From: Eledone cirrhosa | Taxonomy: Eukaryota | Reading direction: 5' to 3' | Assembly: GCA_964016885.1 (NCBI GenBank) | Contig: OZ024747.1 | Location: 58,590,001 to 58,654,000 of the forward strand | DNA: 64,000 nucleotides | Shown: piece by piece, positions 15,440 to 29,846 of the stretch | Layout: each line of letters starts with the position of its first letter | Position numbering within the stretch: position 1 is the first letter of the stretch | Translations under genes and position numbers: made by a program | The notes under the pieces: generated by a model | Databases searched by the model: none | Told to the model about the DNA's origin: nothing | Seen by the model: only the letters and a program-made list of their open reading frames with translations

Positions 15440-17578
15440 TATATGGGCATGTTTCCAGAAGCATAAAGGACGACACAACGGCTTATGTGGCCGCAAAGTT
15501 ATTTTATTAATCAACAAAGCATAAGACTGCAGAAAAATAAAATCAATTTCATATTGTCATGTATTGATTAGGTGTAGAATGTTGACAGTGTTTCCAATAC
15601 GTTGATCCTGATCACACTAACCATAAACAATGTAATGCCATTAATTCAAACATTCAACATGCATGTCATGCTCTGAAGACATTGACAAACGATCGAGGTA
15701 TAAAAGCTGAACCTATCACAATTAAAATAGTGATATTTACCTTTCGTCACAGCTCTTCTGCCAAGAATTAACATCAATATCTGAGATAATACATAGGACT
15801 TGACCCAGTGTTAGATGCTAAGACAAGACAATTAACTATGTCCAGTATATGGACGATATATGAGAGACAAATTGAAACATTGATGGAGACACTACAAAGG
15901 TTCACAAAATATACGGAACAGACTTGTATTTTGAACTAGAAAATTAGGCCAAGGCGTTCCTGAAGAGAAAAAAAAACTAGTGACAAAGCGTAACAAGCTA
16001 AAGAAACAAAAGACAGAATTCGATCCAACACAGACAATGAGTTAGACGGGTTTCGAGACACACACGCAGTAGAGGAAACGATTAGAAATAAATACTAGAC
16101 AGATTAGATTACTATTTAAGACAAAATTAAAAGCAATTAATAAGTTAATAGGTTTTAACATTTTAGCGATCTCAGTAATAATTTACAGTTTTAAATATTT
16201 GTACTGGACACTAAAAGAAATAAAAGTATTAGTCAGGAAAATAATACTAATAATGACTGCGTTTAGAATACACCTCCAACTATGAGATGTAGAAAGATTA
16301 TAACTTACACGAGACACTGGAAGCAAGAAACCTTATGCAACAAGAAACTATTATAAAATAACAGCTCTAGGACCAGACCAGAACCCAATGAAGAATAATG
16401 GAATGTTAATACACATAGCAACAATGAATCATGAACAAAATGAAATATTGTTTTCTATCTTCAAGGAAGGCAATAAATTCAAAACAGAATCTGAATTAAC
16501 AGATAACTATGGAAAAAATAAAAACAAACACAGAGGAAATAGAAACGACGAAAAACATAAAATCCAAACTGAAAACAAATCTCCAGTTTGCTTTGTTAAA
16601 ATGATGACCAGAAAACTCTTACAAGGCCAATACAAGAAAAAACTTTAAATGGAGATTTTGGACAAACAACATTGATAAACCTGGGTATGAAGTATTGGAT
16701 TGAAAGTCAAAACATGAAAGATTTCTTCTCGTAGCATATTACCCTCTACACAAGAAACCACAAAAATACATTATGAAGCAGGTTAGTAGCAGTACCTATT
16801 ATCTTCACGGGATTTCCAGACCTATACGTTTAAAATACTCATTAAATATATTCTTAGTTGATTAAAAATGAATGATAGAATACTAATACGGGGAACCTGG
16901 AAACATGACTCTGTATAATTATACACCAACACATTAAAATCTATAAATCATACCAAATTGGTGAATCCCACAATGCTGCATTAACAAAAATGCTAACCAC
17001 GATACATGAAACGGTTGCAACAGCATTCAATAAATTACTAAAGTGATATAATCAACAATTGAACTGTCCGCAGTGGAAAAATACGGTTAGTTACTAAAAA
17101 ATATGAATTTCACGACACAATAATTAATTCTACCTTAGGCTCAAGGCCAGCAATTTAAAGGAAGGGGAAATTCAAGAAAGTATTCATATACAAAGATCTG
17201 GAGATAAAAATACCCCGAATGTGGATGATGAAATGGTTTCTTATATAAGCACAAGGCCAGTAATTTTAGGGTGAAGGGGAAATCGATTAAATAGACCCCA
17301 GTGCGTGACTGGTACTTTATTTTATCGACCTCGTGAGGATGAAAGGCAAAGTTAACCTCGGCAAGATTTGAACTCCGATGATAAAGGAACGTAACTCTAT
17401 GCTACAAAGCATGGCGTCCGACCCTCTAACGGTACTGCCAATCCCTATAATAATATCTTCTCTGCGAAGGATAATCAAAGACACAACTATAACCCCTAGA
17501 CTCAAAATTGTATACGACTTACAGAAAACAGCACTACTAAGTGCTGCACTTATATTAAGAAGAATATTAGCATTACAA
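15440..17578 (+). mobile_element. Decayed Dong/R4-like (RLE-type) LINE ORF, interrupted by SINEs
   Basis: Fragments in order: FPE..KG..GLCGRK..LLINK..DCRK; YMDD at 15846-15857; KLLQGQY; TRNH..KYIMK; C-terminal LQKTALLSAALILRRIL at 17519-17575. Confidence 0.8.
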
Positions 17579-17905
17579 TACTTTTGGCACAAGGCCAGCA
17601 AATATTCCAGTGAATTACTGGTACTTTAATTTATCGACCCCGTGGGGATGAAAGGCAAAGTTAACCTCGGCGGGATTTGAACTCTGACATAAAGTGCCGT
17701 AACTCTTTGCTGAAAAGCATGGCGTCCGACCCTCTTCTGATACTGCCAATACACTGCCCTTACAATAGAAATTACAATAAAAATAATTGTTTCTACGTTA
17801 GGCACAAGGCCACCAATTACCCAGTGTATTAATGGTACTTTATTTTATCGACCCTGTAAGGATGAAAGGCAAAGTTTACCTCGGCGGGATTTGAACTCAG
17901 ACCAT
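17120..17905 (-). mobile_element. SINE copies on minus strand (tail fragment 17120-17170; 17235-17445; 17580-17760; 17785-17905)
   Basis: Reverse-complement consensus matches. Confidence 0.9.
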
Positions 17906-18029
17906 AAAATAAAAATAATAACATCACGAATAACATTACATATACCCAATGCGCAACGAGCTGTGCATTATAATGAAAAATTGTTGACCTTGTGCCTAAA
18001 TCAGAAACCATTATTGTAGTATACAAAGG

Positions 18030-19160
18030 AGGTAGATTGGCAGTATCGGTGGAGCATCAAGCAACATGCTTCGTGGCATAGAGTTACGGCCCTCCGTCTT
18101 TTGTTTCAACGCCCGCTGGTGTTAGCTTTGACTTTCATCCTTATGAAGTTAATAAAATAAAGTATCAATAATGCACTGGAGATCGATTTAAACGACTTTT
18201 CCCCCACACCAACATTGCTGGCGTTGTGCCTATAGTAGAAATCATTATTACTATTGTTATGGATTGACAGTATCGGTAGAGCGTCGTACAATATGCTTCA
18301 CTGTATCTAGTTACGGCCCTTTGCGTTCTGATTTCAAGTCCCGCTGTATATCCTTACGGGGTCGATAAATATTGTAACAGTAATGTACTGGGGTTGATAT
18401 AATCGAATTTCCTCCCACCAAAAAATTGCTGGCCTTGTGCCTAAAGTAGAAACAATTATTATTATTATCGGTAGAGGGTCGGACGCCATGCTTTGCAGCA
18501 AAGAATTACGGCCCTTTCCATTCTGAGTTCAAATCCCGTCGAGGTTAACTTTGCCTTTCATCCTTACGGGGTCGATAAAATAAAGTACCAGTAATGCACT
18601 GGAATAATTGCTGGCCTTGTGCCAAAAGTAGAAACAATTATTCTTCAATAAATGATCAGAGGCCATATTCAGTTGATTCAGATTTATTTAAGTAGAAACA
18701 ATTATTATTATTATTAAAAATAATAATAATAGTGCGGTGGATTGGCAGTACCGGTAGAGGGTCGGACGCCATGCTTTGCAGCATAGAGTTACGGCCTTTA
18801 TGATCTGAGTTCAAATCCCGCCGAGGTTAACTTTGCCTTTCATCCTCAGGAGGTCGATAAAATAAAGTACCAGTCACGCACTGGGGTCAATTTAATCCAC
18901 TTCCCCCTCACCCCAAAATTGCTGGCCTTGTGCTTATATAAGAAACCATTATTATTATTAAAAGGGCGGTGGTGGATTGGCAGTATCGGTAGAGGGTCGG
19001 ACGCCATGCTTTCCAGCATAGTTACGTCCCTTTACGATCTGAGTTCAAATCCCGCCGAGGTTGACTTTGCCTTTCATCCTTACGGGTCGATAAAATAAAG
19101 TACCAGTAATGCACTGGGTAATTGCTGGCCTTGTGCCTAAAGTAGAAACAATTATTATTA
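18030..19160 (+). mobile_element. Five tandem SINE copies on plus strand (18030, 18260, 18468, 18733, 18963)
   Basis: Repeated head ggattggcagtatcggtagag, core, and tail with (ATT)n ends. Confidence 0.93.
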
Positions 19161-20029
19161 TTAAAATGTCTCTCTAAAAAGGTGTTATATTATTTGTAAT
19201 GAGGTGTTCCAAAGGAAAACGTTAGTGCTAGTTTATAAAGAAACGAAAAGCATTACTCTGAATAAATACGAACGGAAACTATAAACCGGAATTGACATTG
19301 GCATCAACTATAGATGTAGCAGAATACATTTGTAGAAAGAGAGTTGAATTGGTGCAAAGCAGGTAATAAAATATAACATTACACACCCGTTAAATATTTG
19401 TAAAGTAAAACATAAAATGAAACATTCTCATGTGATACAACGAAGTGACATTGCATTGGATTGTAATTTATGGGAACGACTGATATAGGAAGATGAATAA
19501 ACAATTATTTATAGAAGCAGTGAGAGGGAGAAATAGCGTGAGAGAGAGGGGTGTGAGAAAGAGAAAGAGTAAGAAAGATGAAGTGAGAAAGAGAAGAGAG
19601 AGTGTATGAGGAAGAGAGAAAGAGATAGAGTAGGGTAGAAAGAGGCTGAGAGAAAGAGAGAGTGGCGAAGAGAGAAAGAGTGAGTGACAGATCTTTTGAA
19701 ACATGGAGTGTTTCAGAAGTTCATCTAAGGAACATATGGTTCTTGGTTCGACGTTACTCTGCGGCACCATGTAATATGTTTCTGCCATCCATGGGTACTT
19801 AACACCTGGGGAAACGTTTGGGTGTCATCGCGATATACGGTTTGTCAGATCCCATCTATCTCCAGTCCTGAAAAGAGCAGATTTCCTCTAGAGAGCGAGA
19901 GGGAGAAATCTAATGAGGGGAAAATATAGAGGAAAATAGTTCTTATTTATCGACCTTGAAAGTTATTTTATTTATCGACCTTGAAAGGTTGAAATACAAA
20001 GTTGATATCGGCATAAGACAAACACTCTT

Positions 20030-20212
20030 TGGGGAGTGGATAGTCGATTAAATCGACCCCAGTGGGTTACTGATACTTTATTTTATCGACCCTGTAAGCA
20101 TAAAAGGCAAAGTTAACCTAGGCGGAATTTGAACTCAAAACGTAAAAGGCCGTAACTCTATGTTTCGAAGCATGTTACCCGACGCTCTACAAATACTGCC
20201 AACCTACCGCCC
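20030..20212 (-). mobile_element. tRNA-derived SINE
   Basis: Consensus match, reverse strand. Confidence 0.85.
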
Positions 20213-20502
20213 TGAACAGGGAACGAATAATGTAGAGCAGTTTATCCAAGGCTCTCACGACACACCTAATGTTTTTATTTCATAAAAAAAAAGACATTTG
20301 AATGAGAGAAAATGTGTGCAGCTTCACACAGAGGTTCAAATATGGCGAGAAAAAAATGTTGAAGGAAGATAAATTATTAATGTATTGTGTGGTCCTGGGT
20401 ATAATAGATATGCATCAAGTCGGGGAGAAGTAGGACTCACTATATTTAAACTAGAAGAAATATTGACATCGACAGCGTATGTATATTATACATAATCATG
20501 TT

Positions 20503-20787
20503 ATATATTTTTCACATATACTTCTCTATACCGATGTTGTATATTTTCACATATAGCCCTCTATAATCATGTTCTAGATTTTCACATATACCCCTCTATA
20601 GACATATATATTTTCACATATACTTCTATAGAAACATGTATATTTTCACATATACTTCTATAGAAACATGTATATTTTCACATATACTTCTATAGAAACA
20701 TGTATATTTTCACATATACTTCTATAGAAACATGTATATTTTCACATATACTCCTCTATAAGCATATTTTCATATATACTCCTCTAT
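20503..20787. repeat. Minisatellite, ~31-bp unit tatattttcacatatacttctatagaaacatg, about 9 copies
   Basis: Directly visible tandem units. Confidence 0.9.
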
Positions 20788-20867
20788 TCGAAAATGAAGC
20801 TCACTATCTCGTGATTTTGAACCCAATGCTCTAACCACTAAGTCATAACATAAATATATTATTAAGA

Positions 20868-21040
20868 GTTGGCAGTATCGGTAGAGGGTCGGGCGCTATG
20901 CTTTGACGCATAGAGTTACGGCCCTTGCCATTCTGAGTTCAAAACTTTGCCTTTCATCCTTACGGGGTCGATAAAATAAAGTACCAGTAATGCACTGGGT
21001 AAATTTGCTGGCCTTGTGCCATAAAGTAGAAACAATTATT
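20868..21040 (+). mobile_element. tRNA-derived SINE with a short internal deletion after the B-box
   Basis: gagttcaaa joined directly to actttgcc. Confidence 0.88.
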
Positions 21041-22099
21041 AAGAGATATAGAGGAGAGTCTGCTCATTTATAATCCAGTGGTTACAGTCTATTGTTGCGG
21101 AATATGTGTGCCCGTCAGGCAAATGACCATTCCTGTGTGTATTCCAGGACACTCGTGTGTGTTTAACAGTTAAAGAAATGTCACTTCTATTATAATTGAA
21201 TCTTTAATGTTTTCTTGTTTGAATATAACATTGTTTTTTCTTTTACATTCTTTTCACACTTTCACATCCTTTATTTTTCAGTCTATATACAAAAGCTTCG
21301 AATCAATGCTTACTGATTGCACTAACATGCTGGATAACATTTCACAGCATTTATTCAAACACCCAGCGGGATTCTTAGCGTTAAATAAGACAATTACTTC
21401 TTATTGAATATCGGTAAGTTGAGACAGTGTAAATAATTATATTTATAAGACGAAGAAAAAATATTTCAATCAATGGTAAAAATTTCGTTTAATTCGTTCT
21501 AGAAAAACACATTAATTCCGTGACTTTTTATGTTGAAGTTGATATCAATAAAATGTTTTAATATTGTTTTCTCATCTATATATAACATTTCTTGATTATT
21601 GATGTAAATGTGTATCGTTTTCTCAACAGAGGGAATTAATGAATCACTGATTAAACACTATAAACGAGGCAGAAAACAAGCATAAATTTAATAATTCTAT
21701 AACGAAATGATTGATATCAGTTAAAAATTAGTGAAATATTATTGAAATAAATGAATTTAAGTTGATCTGAGTTAATAATAACATTCGATCGTTTGCAATT
21801 ATGCAAACAAGCCTCAATTTTATAGCCATGTCAGTAGAGCGAACATTTTCTCATTTTCTTTTTTTGTTAAAGTTGAAATAGCATTTAAAGGTTATTTTAA
21901 TGATGATTCTTTCCAAATTCTACATAAAACATGCATCTCATTATACAAGGGGAACTTAAAATAGATGCATCATTGCGTTTGACTTGATATTTTTAATTAA
22001 TGTATTAGATATGCACTCATAAATAGATTCGGGAAACCTGGACAATGTTATTTTGTTTTTTGTTTTGTTTTTTCAATAGAAACAGTTATCCCAGGAAGA

Positions 22100-23280
22100 A
22101 AATCTTACATCTTCAGGCCATCAATTATGTCTAAGGAAAATACAATGGCCTATACAACCTAGCAGATGTGTCGTTCCAGCAAGTGATTCTGTGTATTATC
22201 AGGTCCAACACTAATCCACTGTTTTCTCATAAGTCCATCTTGAAAACATGTCAACAACATAGACCCCCCGTCTTTCTGATTTTTTGTCTGATTAAGAAAT
22301 TGAATTTCCCCCTAACAAGCCAATGCTCTATCCAATATTCTGCACCTCTCATTACTCAGACACTAGAGACATCTTCCTGATTTGCGAACTATTATATAGT
22401 GAAGTAGATGCCAGCGTTTAGACCTAGGGTACATCCATGTGTTCTTATATTTCTATTTTGCTTGAAGAAAGTATTTCAGAGAACCAGCTGGTGTTCAATA
22501 CACAATATGAAAAGAGATAATCCATTTTCTTTGCATTTTCCAGTGACATGCTTGCCAAAAACCAGGCCAAGTGTCATGATCTACACCCACTCTACCATTA
22601 AAGTCACCCATAATAACTAGCTTCTCTTCACTTGAAACATTTTGCACCAGATTCCAAAAATCATGATAAACATTTCCAATGCTTTCAATGGAATATGACA
22701 TTGGAGGTGCCTAAACACGCACAATTGTCAGGACTCGATCTGTTAGCTGGAACCGAAAAGCTATGCGTTCAGATACACCACTTGGATACAGTCAGTTGAG
22801 GTTTTAATTGCAGAACCAATACCTGAATCCTTTCCAAAAGAAAGTGTATCCTAATGGCTTTTCAGTAAGTTCGTCATCTCTATGTGGATATGTCTCAGAT
22901 AGTGTAATGACGTCTAGATAATATTTGCCAATTTCTTTCGCAATCAATGCTGTTCGCCGTTCTGCTTTATCAGACTTGTTGTATAAGAAAGTAGGTGTAT
23001 TGAAACTTCATACTGAGACTAGGTTTGTTCGGGGGCTCATTGCTTGTGTTTGTCACTGTAGCAGGATGACTATCGGTTCCAAACCGTGGCACCCGAGGTT
23101 GCCTGCTTGGACGGACCTGTTCACCAGAAGATCCCGAGCCCTTTCCGCTATTTACTGAATTTGTGTGAGATATATCAATTACAATTATGGATGCACATTT
23201 AGGTTACTGCCAAGCCCTCGTATCTTAAATACAGCCGAAAGTGAACAAGTGAACAATTTTTGGTGCATGAAGTTTTCAGT
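22100..23280 (-). mobile_element. RTE-clade LINE 5' portion (AP endonuclease), disrupted
   Basis: Minus-strand translation AERRTALIAKEIGKYYLDVITLSET...GYTFFWKG, and ORF 22495-22701 KLVIMGDFNGRVG.DHDTW. Confidence 0.88.
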
Positions 23281-23389
23281 CCTTTCATATATATATATAT
23301 GTGTGTGTGTGTGTATCGATAGTCGATCGACAGGATCCCAGACCTAGTCAAATCGGACCTAGGTAATAATGTTTCCATTGGTCTTTCAG

Positions 23390-23507
23390 AAAGTGCAACT
23401 TGAAATTGTCTTGCTCAAGGACATAACGTATCGCCCGGCCAGAGAATCAAACTCACAACATCATGATTGTGAATCCAATTCTCTAACCACTAAGCCACGC
23501 GCCTTCA
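23390..23507 (-). mobile_element. Head of a second tRNA-derived SINE family
   Basis: Minus strand: gaaggcgcgtggcttagtggttagag (A-box)...gagtttgattc (B-box)...tccttgagcaagac. Confidence 0.75.
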
Positions 23508-23598
23508 CTAAGTTATAAGGTTAGCGTGAGTACATCACCATTTTCTGTGTATGCAATATAAGACTTAACATACATATTACCAACATGATGTGACGAAA

Positions 23599-23695
<97 letters not shown>

Positions 23696-23799
23696 TAGAC
23701 ATATATATAATCTTTATATCATGTTGGCAACATGTATGTTAAATCTTATATTGCACACACAGCAAATAGCGATGTAATCACGCTACCCTTATAACTAGT
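23507..23799. repeat. Diverged inverted repeat (23507-23589 / 23718-23799) around (TA)n(GT)n
   Basis: Arms are reverse complements with multiple mismatches. Confidence 0.8.
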
Positions 23800-24130
23800 C
23801 GACATATATTAGTATTTTTTTCTAACAACTATAGTATATTATATATAAAAAGCAAAATGTGCCAGTTACATTTATCCAATTACTTTCAGATACCGTCTTT
23901 TATAACTTTTGTACTTCTAGTACAGTGCAATTACATCTAGCTAGACGCCATTTTAATCGTAGTTGCAAGCCACAACTTAGAAATAGATTTTGATATTTTT
24001 AATATTTTTAAAACCTAAAAACGATATTGCAGACGATAATATTCGACTCATAATCAGCTGCCTCAAGAATATTGTCAGACGCAGACGATTAAGCGTATAT
24101 AGTGTGTAGGAAATATATATATATATATAC

Positions 24131-24243
<113 letters not shown>

Positions 24244-24573
24244 GTGTGTGTGTCTGTCGTGTGTGGTGTGTGGTGTGTGGTGTGTGGTATGTGTGTGTGT
24301 GTGTGTGTGTTTCTGAGTGTGTATGTGTGAGTGTTGCTGAGTGTGTCTCAGTGTTTATATCCCATAACTTAGCGGTATGACATGTAACGGATCGATGGAA
24401 CGTGAACTAGACATTTAAAAAAGTATGTACTATGGTCGGTATAACCAAACAAATCCCATGTGGGCATATTTATATTTTTTTAATGGTTTTATATAATAAT
24501 CACAGGCACACGGCCATTTTATTTGAATTTTGATTTCAACTAGGAAATAATGTATATTTCTACTTCGATATAA

Positions 24574-24826
24574 GTGAGTAGCTAATAATATATGTTTCTA
24601 CATCTATATATATATGTGAGTAGCTAATAATATATGTTTCTACATCTATATATATGTGAGCAACTAATAATATATATTTCTACATCTATATATATGTGAG
24701 CAACTAATAATATATGTTTCTACATCTATATATATGTGAGCAACTAATAATATATGTTTCTATATCTATATATATGTGAGCAACTAATAATATATGTTTC
24801 TATATCTATACATGTGAGCAGCTAAT
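24574..24826. repeat. Minisatellite, ~38-42-bp unit gtgagcaactaataatatatgtttctacatc(ta)n, about 6 copies
   Basis: Directly visible. Confidence 0.9.
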
Positions 24827-25322
24827 CATGACAATTCATATAGGGTTCTTGATATTTTGTATTCTATATGTGCTCATATGCACAAGCTTCTATAGCCACA
24901 CCGTGTCCTCTTAGGGTCCCTGCGACAGAATTATTATCAGTAGCGTGCTGAACAAAATTATTTGTGATATTATTTACACCCATATATATATATATATATT
25001 TCTAGCTTAGCTGGCGCCAGTTTCAACCAAATGACTCCGTGTCTAGTAAATGGATCGATTTATTACACCACACCTCAAATCAACGTTCTAACAATCACGC
25101 CCTGAAATGTTTGGTGTTGTGCCAAATTTAGAGGCTTATTTTGGTATATTTAGTATTATCAAAGTTTCCCATAGTTTAATTCGAGATTCTACTGCACAAG
25201 CATGTGTGTGGAATACTGCTATTAGCGTGTGAAGATGCTTGTGTTTATGTTTTTTATCCAGACTGAGGTGTTTGTTTTGTGTTGCATAGAGTGATTCTCG
25301 TGTTTCCTCTGTTGTCTAGAAT

Positions 25323-26229
25323 ACTAGCAGTGGTACCCGGCGTTGCACGGGATAAGGTATTTTGGAACGCGGCCCGCCAACAGACCTAATCGTGGAAAAA
25401 CTGCATGCCTGGACAATATGTAAAGAAAATAAACCGAATACTCTGATGGCTGGATAATCTTTAAGATTTTCCTCGATGAAGCAGGAATAATGCAGGTGTA
25501 CACCTAATGCGGGCCCTAGGGGATCAAGAATAAGAATTTTTTTATATGCATAATATGCCTTGAAATTTCGGGAAATTCGGCTCGATGTAACGCATCAAAG
25601 AAGTCCTAAAAAGCTGAAAAAATGAAGTTTTTCACTTAATGCGGGCCCTAGGCCTTAAAGAAATTGGATTTTCTTTGCTCGCAGTATGAAAAAGAGACTG
25701 ACTAATACATAGTTACAATTTCAAGGAAATCAGTCTGACATAACGCCTCAAAAAACCCTTAAAACCTGAAAAAACGCAGTTTTTCACCTAGGGATCAAAA
25801 AGTTGAATTTTTGTATGTGCATAACGCTCCTTGAAACATAAGTAATACACATGTAAAGTTTGAAAAAAGTCGGTTGGGTGCTTCTCGAGTTTTAGGGATT
25901 CAAACTCACAGACACACACAGACAGTCATCCTCAGGGAAGTGACGTAATGAAGACAGTCAGGCATACAGACATATATTATTAGGGCGCGACGTTATATGT
26001 ATGTATCTATCTAAAAAGAAAAAGACTAAGAATTATAGAGAGATATCCCTAAATCACCTAATGCGGTCCCTAGGGCATTGAACATTTGAAATTTCTTTTG
26101 GCTAAGAACACTCCCTGAAACAAAAGTATTACTTGTGTAAAGTTTGAAAACAGTCGGTTAGGTGCTACGCGAGTTTTAGGGATTCAAACTCACACACACA
26201 CAGACATCCTTAGTTTTATATATATAGAT
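25323..26229 (+). mobile_element. Non-autonomous Helentron/DINE-1-like rolling-circle element with internal repeats
   Basis: 5' actagcagtggtacccggcgttgcacggg (hairpin) and 3' ...ttttatatatatagat; internal repeats cacctaatgcgggccctagg (25501, 25634, 26056); duplicated block near 25856 and 26139. Confidence 0.75.
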
Positions 26230-26521
26230 AAACGTAATTCGTGAGGGGATTGTGTACAATATATGGTCTATGAGATGTGTTTCGATTTAAAAGATCTATT
26301 ATGGAAAATCTATGTGTTTTGTGTCGTATGTCAATAATGTAGAATATGTGTAGTGTATATTCATTAAAAGGTGATCTATCTCTCTCTATCTCTCTCTTCC
26401 TCTCTCTCTCTCTATGTATATATATATATATATATATATATAAATGAATAAAGTTAATATATGTAAATTAATTTTGATTTATTTTGAAAAATTGGTTGAA
26501 TTTTGCTTGTTCTGCTTATCT

Positions 26522-26592
<71 letters not shown>

Positions 26593-26919
26593 TATTACGA
26601 TGGATTGAGTTTGAATCTAATTAGACCATTACTCAACAAAGTACCGGATAGTTGAGGTTGTCGAGTAAGGTTATATTAGTCTGGAACTAGGTGTAATTAA
26701 AAAGAGCGCTTTGTATTATTAACAGAGCTGAAATATTATTAATGACTAATCGACGCAGTTCATCGCGAACATACGTTTTAAAGCATGCCCTTGTGTTAGA
26801 CAACAAGTTTTACTATTAGTTAGATGAGTAGATAGATAAGCTAAGCGAAATGATCTTGGCACACGTCCAAATTTCTTCATATGGGCAAACTATTCCAAAA
26901 ATTACCTTTTTGAAAGTAT

Positions 26920-27020
<101 letters not shown>

Positions 27021-27386
27021 ACTGTAACTGTAACAGTAGTAGTAACTTATTGGAACCAATGTACAACTTGTTGCTGCAAGCATTTGTGCCGTTTATTAAA
27101 ATATTATTTTGAACGTATATAATATTGTTATTACCATAATTATTATTATTTCATTACTATGAAAAAAAATAGTATTAATATTATTATTATTAGTAGTAGT
27201 AGTAGTATTGTATATTTTGATCACGTATGTGGTTTTTCGACTTGTTTATTATATTTCTCTTGTTCTCTTTATACAGCTGGTGGTAATCCGGTCGATAATC
27301 AAATCCAGCTTCCCTAAAGCTATTCAATATTTAAACTAATAGAGTGTAGACATGTTTTATAAACACAGACACACATAACCACAGAG

Positions 27387-27463
<77 letters not shown>

Positions 27464-27527
27464 ATGTGTGTATATATATATACATATATATATCCCTAAA
27501 TATATATATAAATACATATATCCCTAA

Positions 27528-27603
<76 letters not shown>

Positions 27604-27644
27604 TATTAAATAAATGGAAAACTATATTTATAAAACCATATTTA

Positions 27645-27706
27645 TTTCATTATATATATTTCGGGGATATCATATTAACAATATGCTATGCCTTCATCAG
27701 ACAAAA
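27645..27706 (-). ncRNA. Type I hammerhead ribozyme motif in a ~180-bp element (27601-27782) flanked by (TA)n
   Basis: Minus strand: ttttgt-CTGATGA-aggcatagcatatt gtt aatatgatatcccc-GAAA-tatatata-atgaaa; helices I-III can pair (two G-U pairs in helix I). Confidence 0.7.
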
Positions 27707-27780
27707 AACAGTTTGTCGAGTGCTTTTATATCAGTTATAAATATTTACTAGTTGTAACCCAACAATTTTAAATATAACTT

Positions 27781-27823
<43 letters not shown>

Positions 27824-29707
27824 GTTAATATATCCTTATATATACTGCTGATCTATGTGTATGTATATACATATATATGAGTGTGTGTGTGTTTATGTGA
27901 GTTCGTTTGTGTGTCAGAGAGACTGTTGGTGTAAGTTTGGCAATCGGGAATATATAATCTAAAGAAAAACTTCGTAAAAACAATTTAGAAGTTTAATCGA
28001 CATTATATGTTTGTCACATTCTATCAAGCCCCCGTTGTTTTATTAATTAATATGGAATTATCTGACCTTTCGCCGTTATTGATTGTGGACTATAGATAGG
28101 TGTTGAATTACCATTACTAATATTCACACATGTACTAATTGAAATATGAGAAGGAGAAATTGATGTTAACGCTACCCGTATGGTTACTAATTACAATGAA
28201 ACCCAACAGTTTACACATCTTTCTACCAGGTTTGGTTACAGATCTTGTGGGCACCCCGCATACACACAAAATAGAATACACAGCAAGCCAGCCAATTTTA
28301 GATATCAAAGTTAGCTTGGCTCAAGTAAGTGGAAATGAAAACTTTTACATACAGGTATTAAATTTAAAAAATCCTAACGAGCTGAGAGCACATATAAATT
28401 GCTACAGCCGTCGCTGGTAGAGCCCTCCACGACAGGTGGCCCAGAGCTTTGCCCTTCTCCCTCCTTTAAATCCGGCCCAACTTGCCACACCATTATGTTT
28501 TGTAATCCATGCGCCTGCCATTCGCTAAACTCTTGTCGAATAGATTTTTCTGTATGCTGCAAACATACAGCTACCCTTTTTTAAGCAGTATCAAGAGGTT
28601 ACAATTAACTTGATTTCTTCCACTCATGAACGCTGCGTTATGCACAAGTAACATATGGTGAATCCATCTACACTTTGCTAACTACTTGAAGAACAGATCG
28701 AGTTTCGGATGTAAGGATTTTAGAATCCAATTGAAAATATTGGACTCTAAAAACCTCACATCCATCACTCAAAATATCAGAACTGTAGCTTATTACAGAG
28801 AAGGCTAGATTTCTAGTGCCTATTACATAGTTCCTTGTATTAAGTTCAGTTGTAAATACTACTCAATTCCGTTTATAATATATCTTTCTAATCCTTCATT
28901 TGTGTGTTTGGCACTCTCTCTAGTTAGTTGATTCTTAAGTATGTGTATATCTGTATTTGCACTAACTGTATCTAAGTTTCTTCATCCAGCATTGTATTAA
29001 TGATTTTAACTAGTTTTCCTCCCTTCTCGATTACTTTGGCACATATTTCTAATCGAAATTTCACGTTCATTTCTGTTTTAAATAATCGTCTTTAAGCAAG
29101 AGGTTGTTAATTTTCTTGTCACTGCATTTCTATTCAAGCCAAGTCCTGTTAGCACCCCAGTTAATGATGTTAGTGGAGAAATATTATTAATTAGGGGCCA
29201 ATAAATAATGTACATGGTGAAAATGCTTGAGCGTTGGGTGAGTTATCTAACGCTATTTATTCACTTCTTTGATTTCCACTTCGGTGACGTCGCTCAGGAG
29301 TACACCCTCGTTCAACTGGGCACGTCGTCCGACCTGTATTTGACCAGTGTGCCGAGGTAGGAGTATATAGCAACAACGACATACTGATCGAAAAAAAAAT
29401 ATATATATTTCCATTAGTGTTTTCTTTTTTGATATTCTGTGTTATTGGTATAAAGTAAAACGTATAGATAAAACACTGTAACTTAATACAACTGTATCAA
29501 TATCCAATAATTTCATTTAGTTTGTAGAATAACTCTTGTTCAACATTTTATCGGAGTCATTCATAATGTTCTGCCATAGCACATGCGTTTTTTCTCCTTC
29601 GTGAAGTAAATATCATTTAAAGATCAACGGCAATAATTGATATATTTGGCTTGAGAATGGTATGTTTTCAAAGAACAGTCATTCTTCTATATCAATAATA
29701 TTAAGGA

Positions 29708-29846
29708 TGTCAGAGGAGAAGTTTGGTTCAGTAAGCTACCATCGTTGTTTGGTGATGTCGGACAAGAGGTTTACTTCAGTAAGCTACCATCTTTGTTTGG
29801 TGATGTCGAACAAGAGGTTTACTTCAGTAAGCTACCATCGTTGTTT
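29708..29846. repeat. 48-bp tandem repeat, about 3 copies
   Basis: cagtaagctaccatc(g/t)ttgttt repeated at 48-bp spacing. Confidence 0.9.

Noticed and set aside
18733-19155. tRNA genes
   Set aside because: A/B boxes belong to SINE heads; no complete cloverleaf, and they are followed by SINE core and tail
28139-28490. hAT transposase C-terminus (LTLPV...NELR)
   Set aside because: Similarity too short and the ERSFS motif is absent
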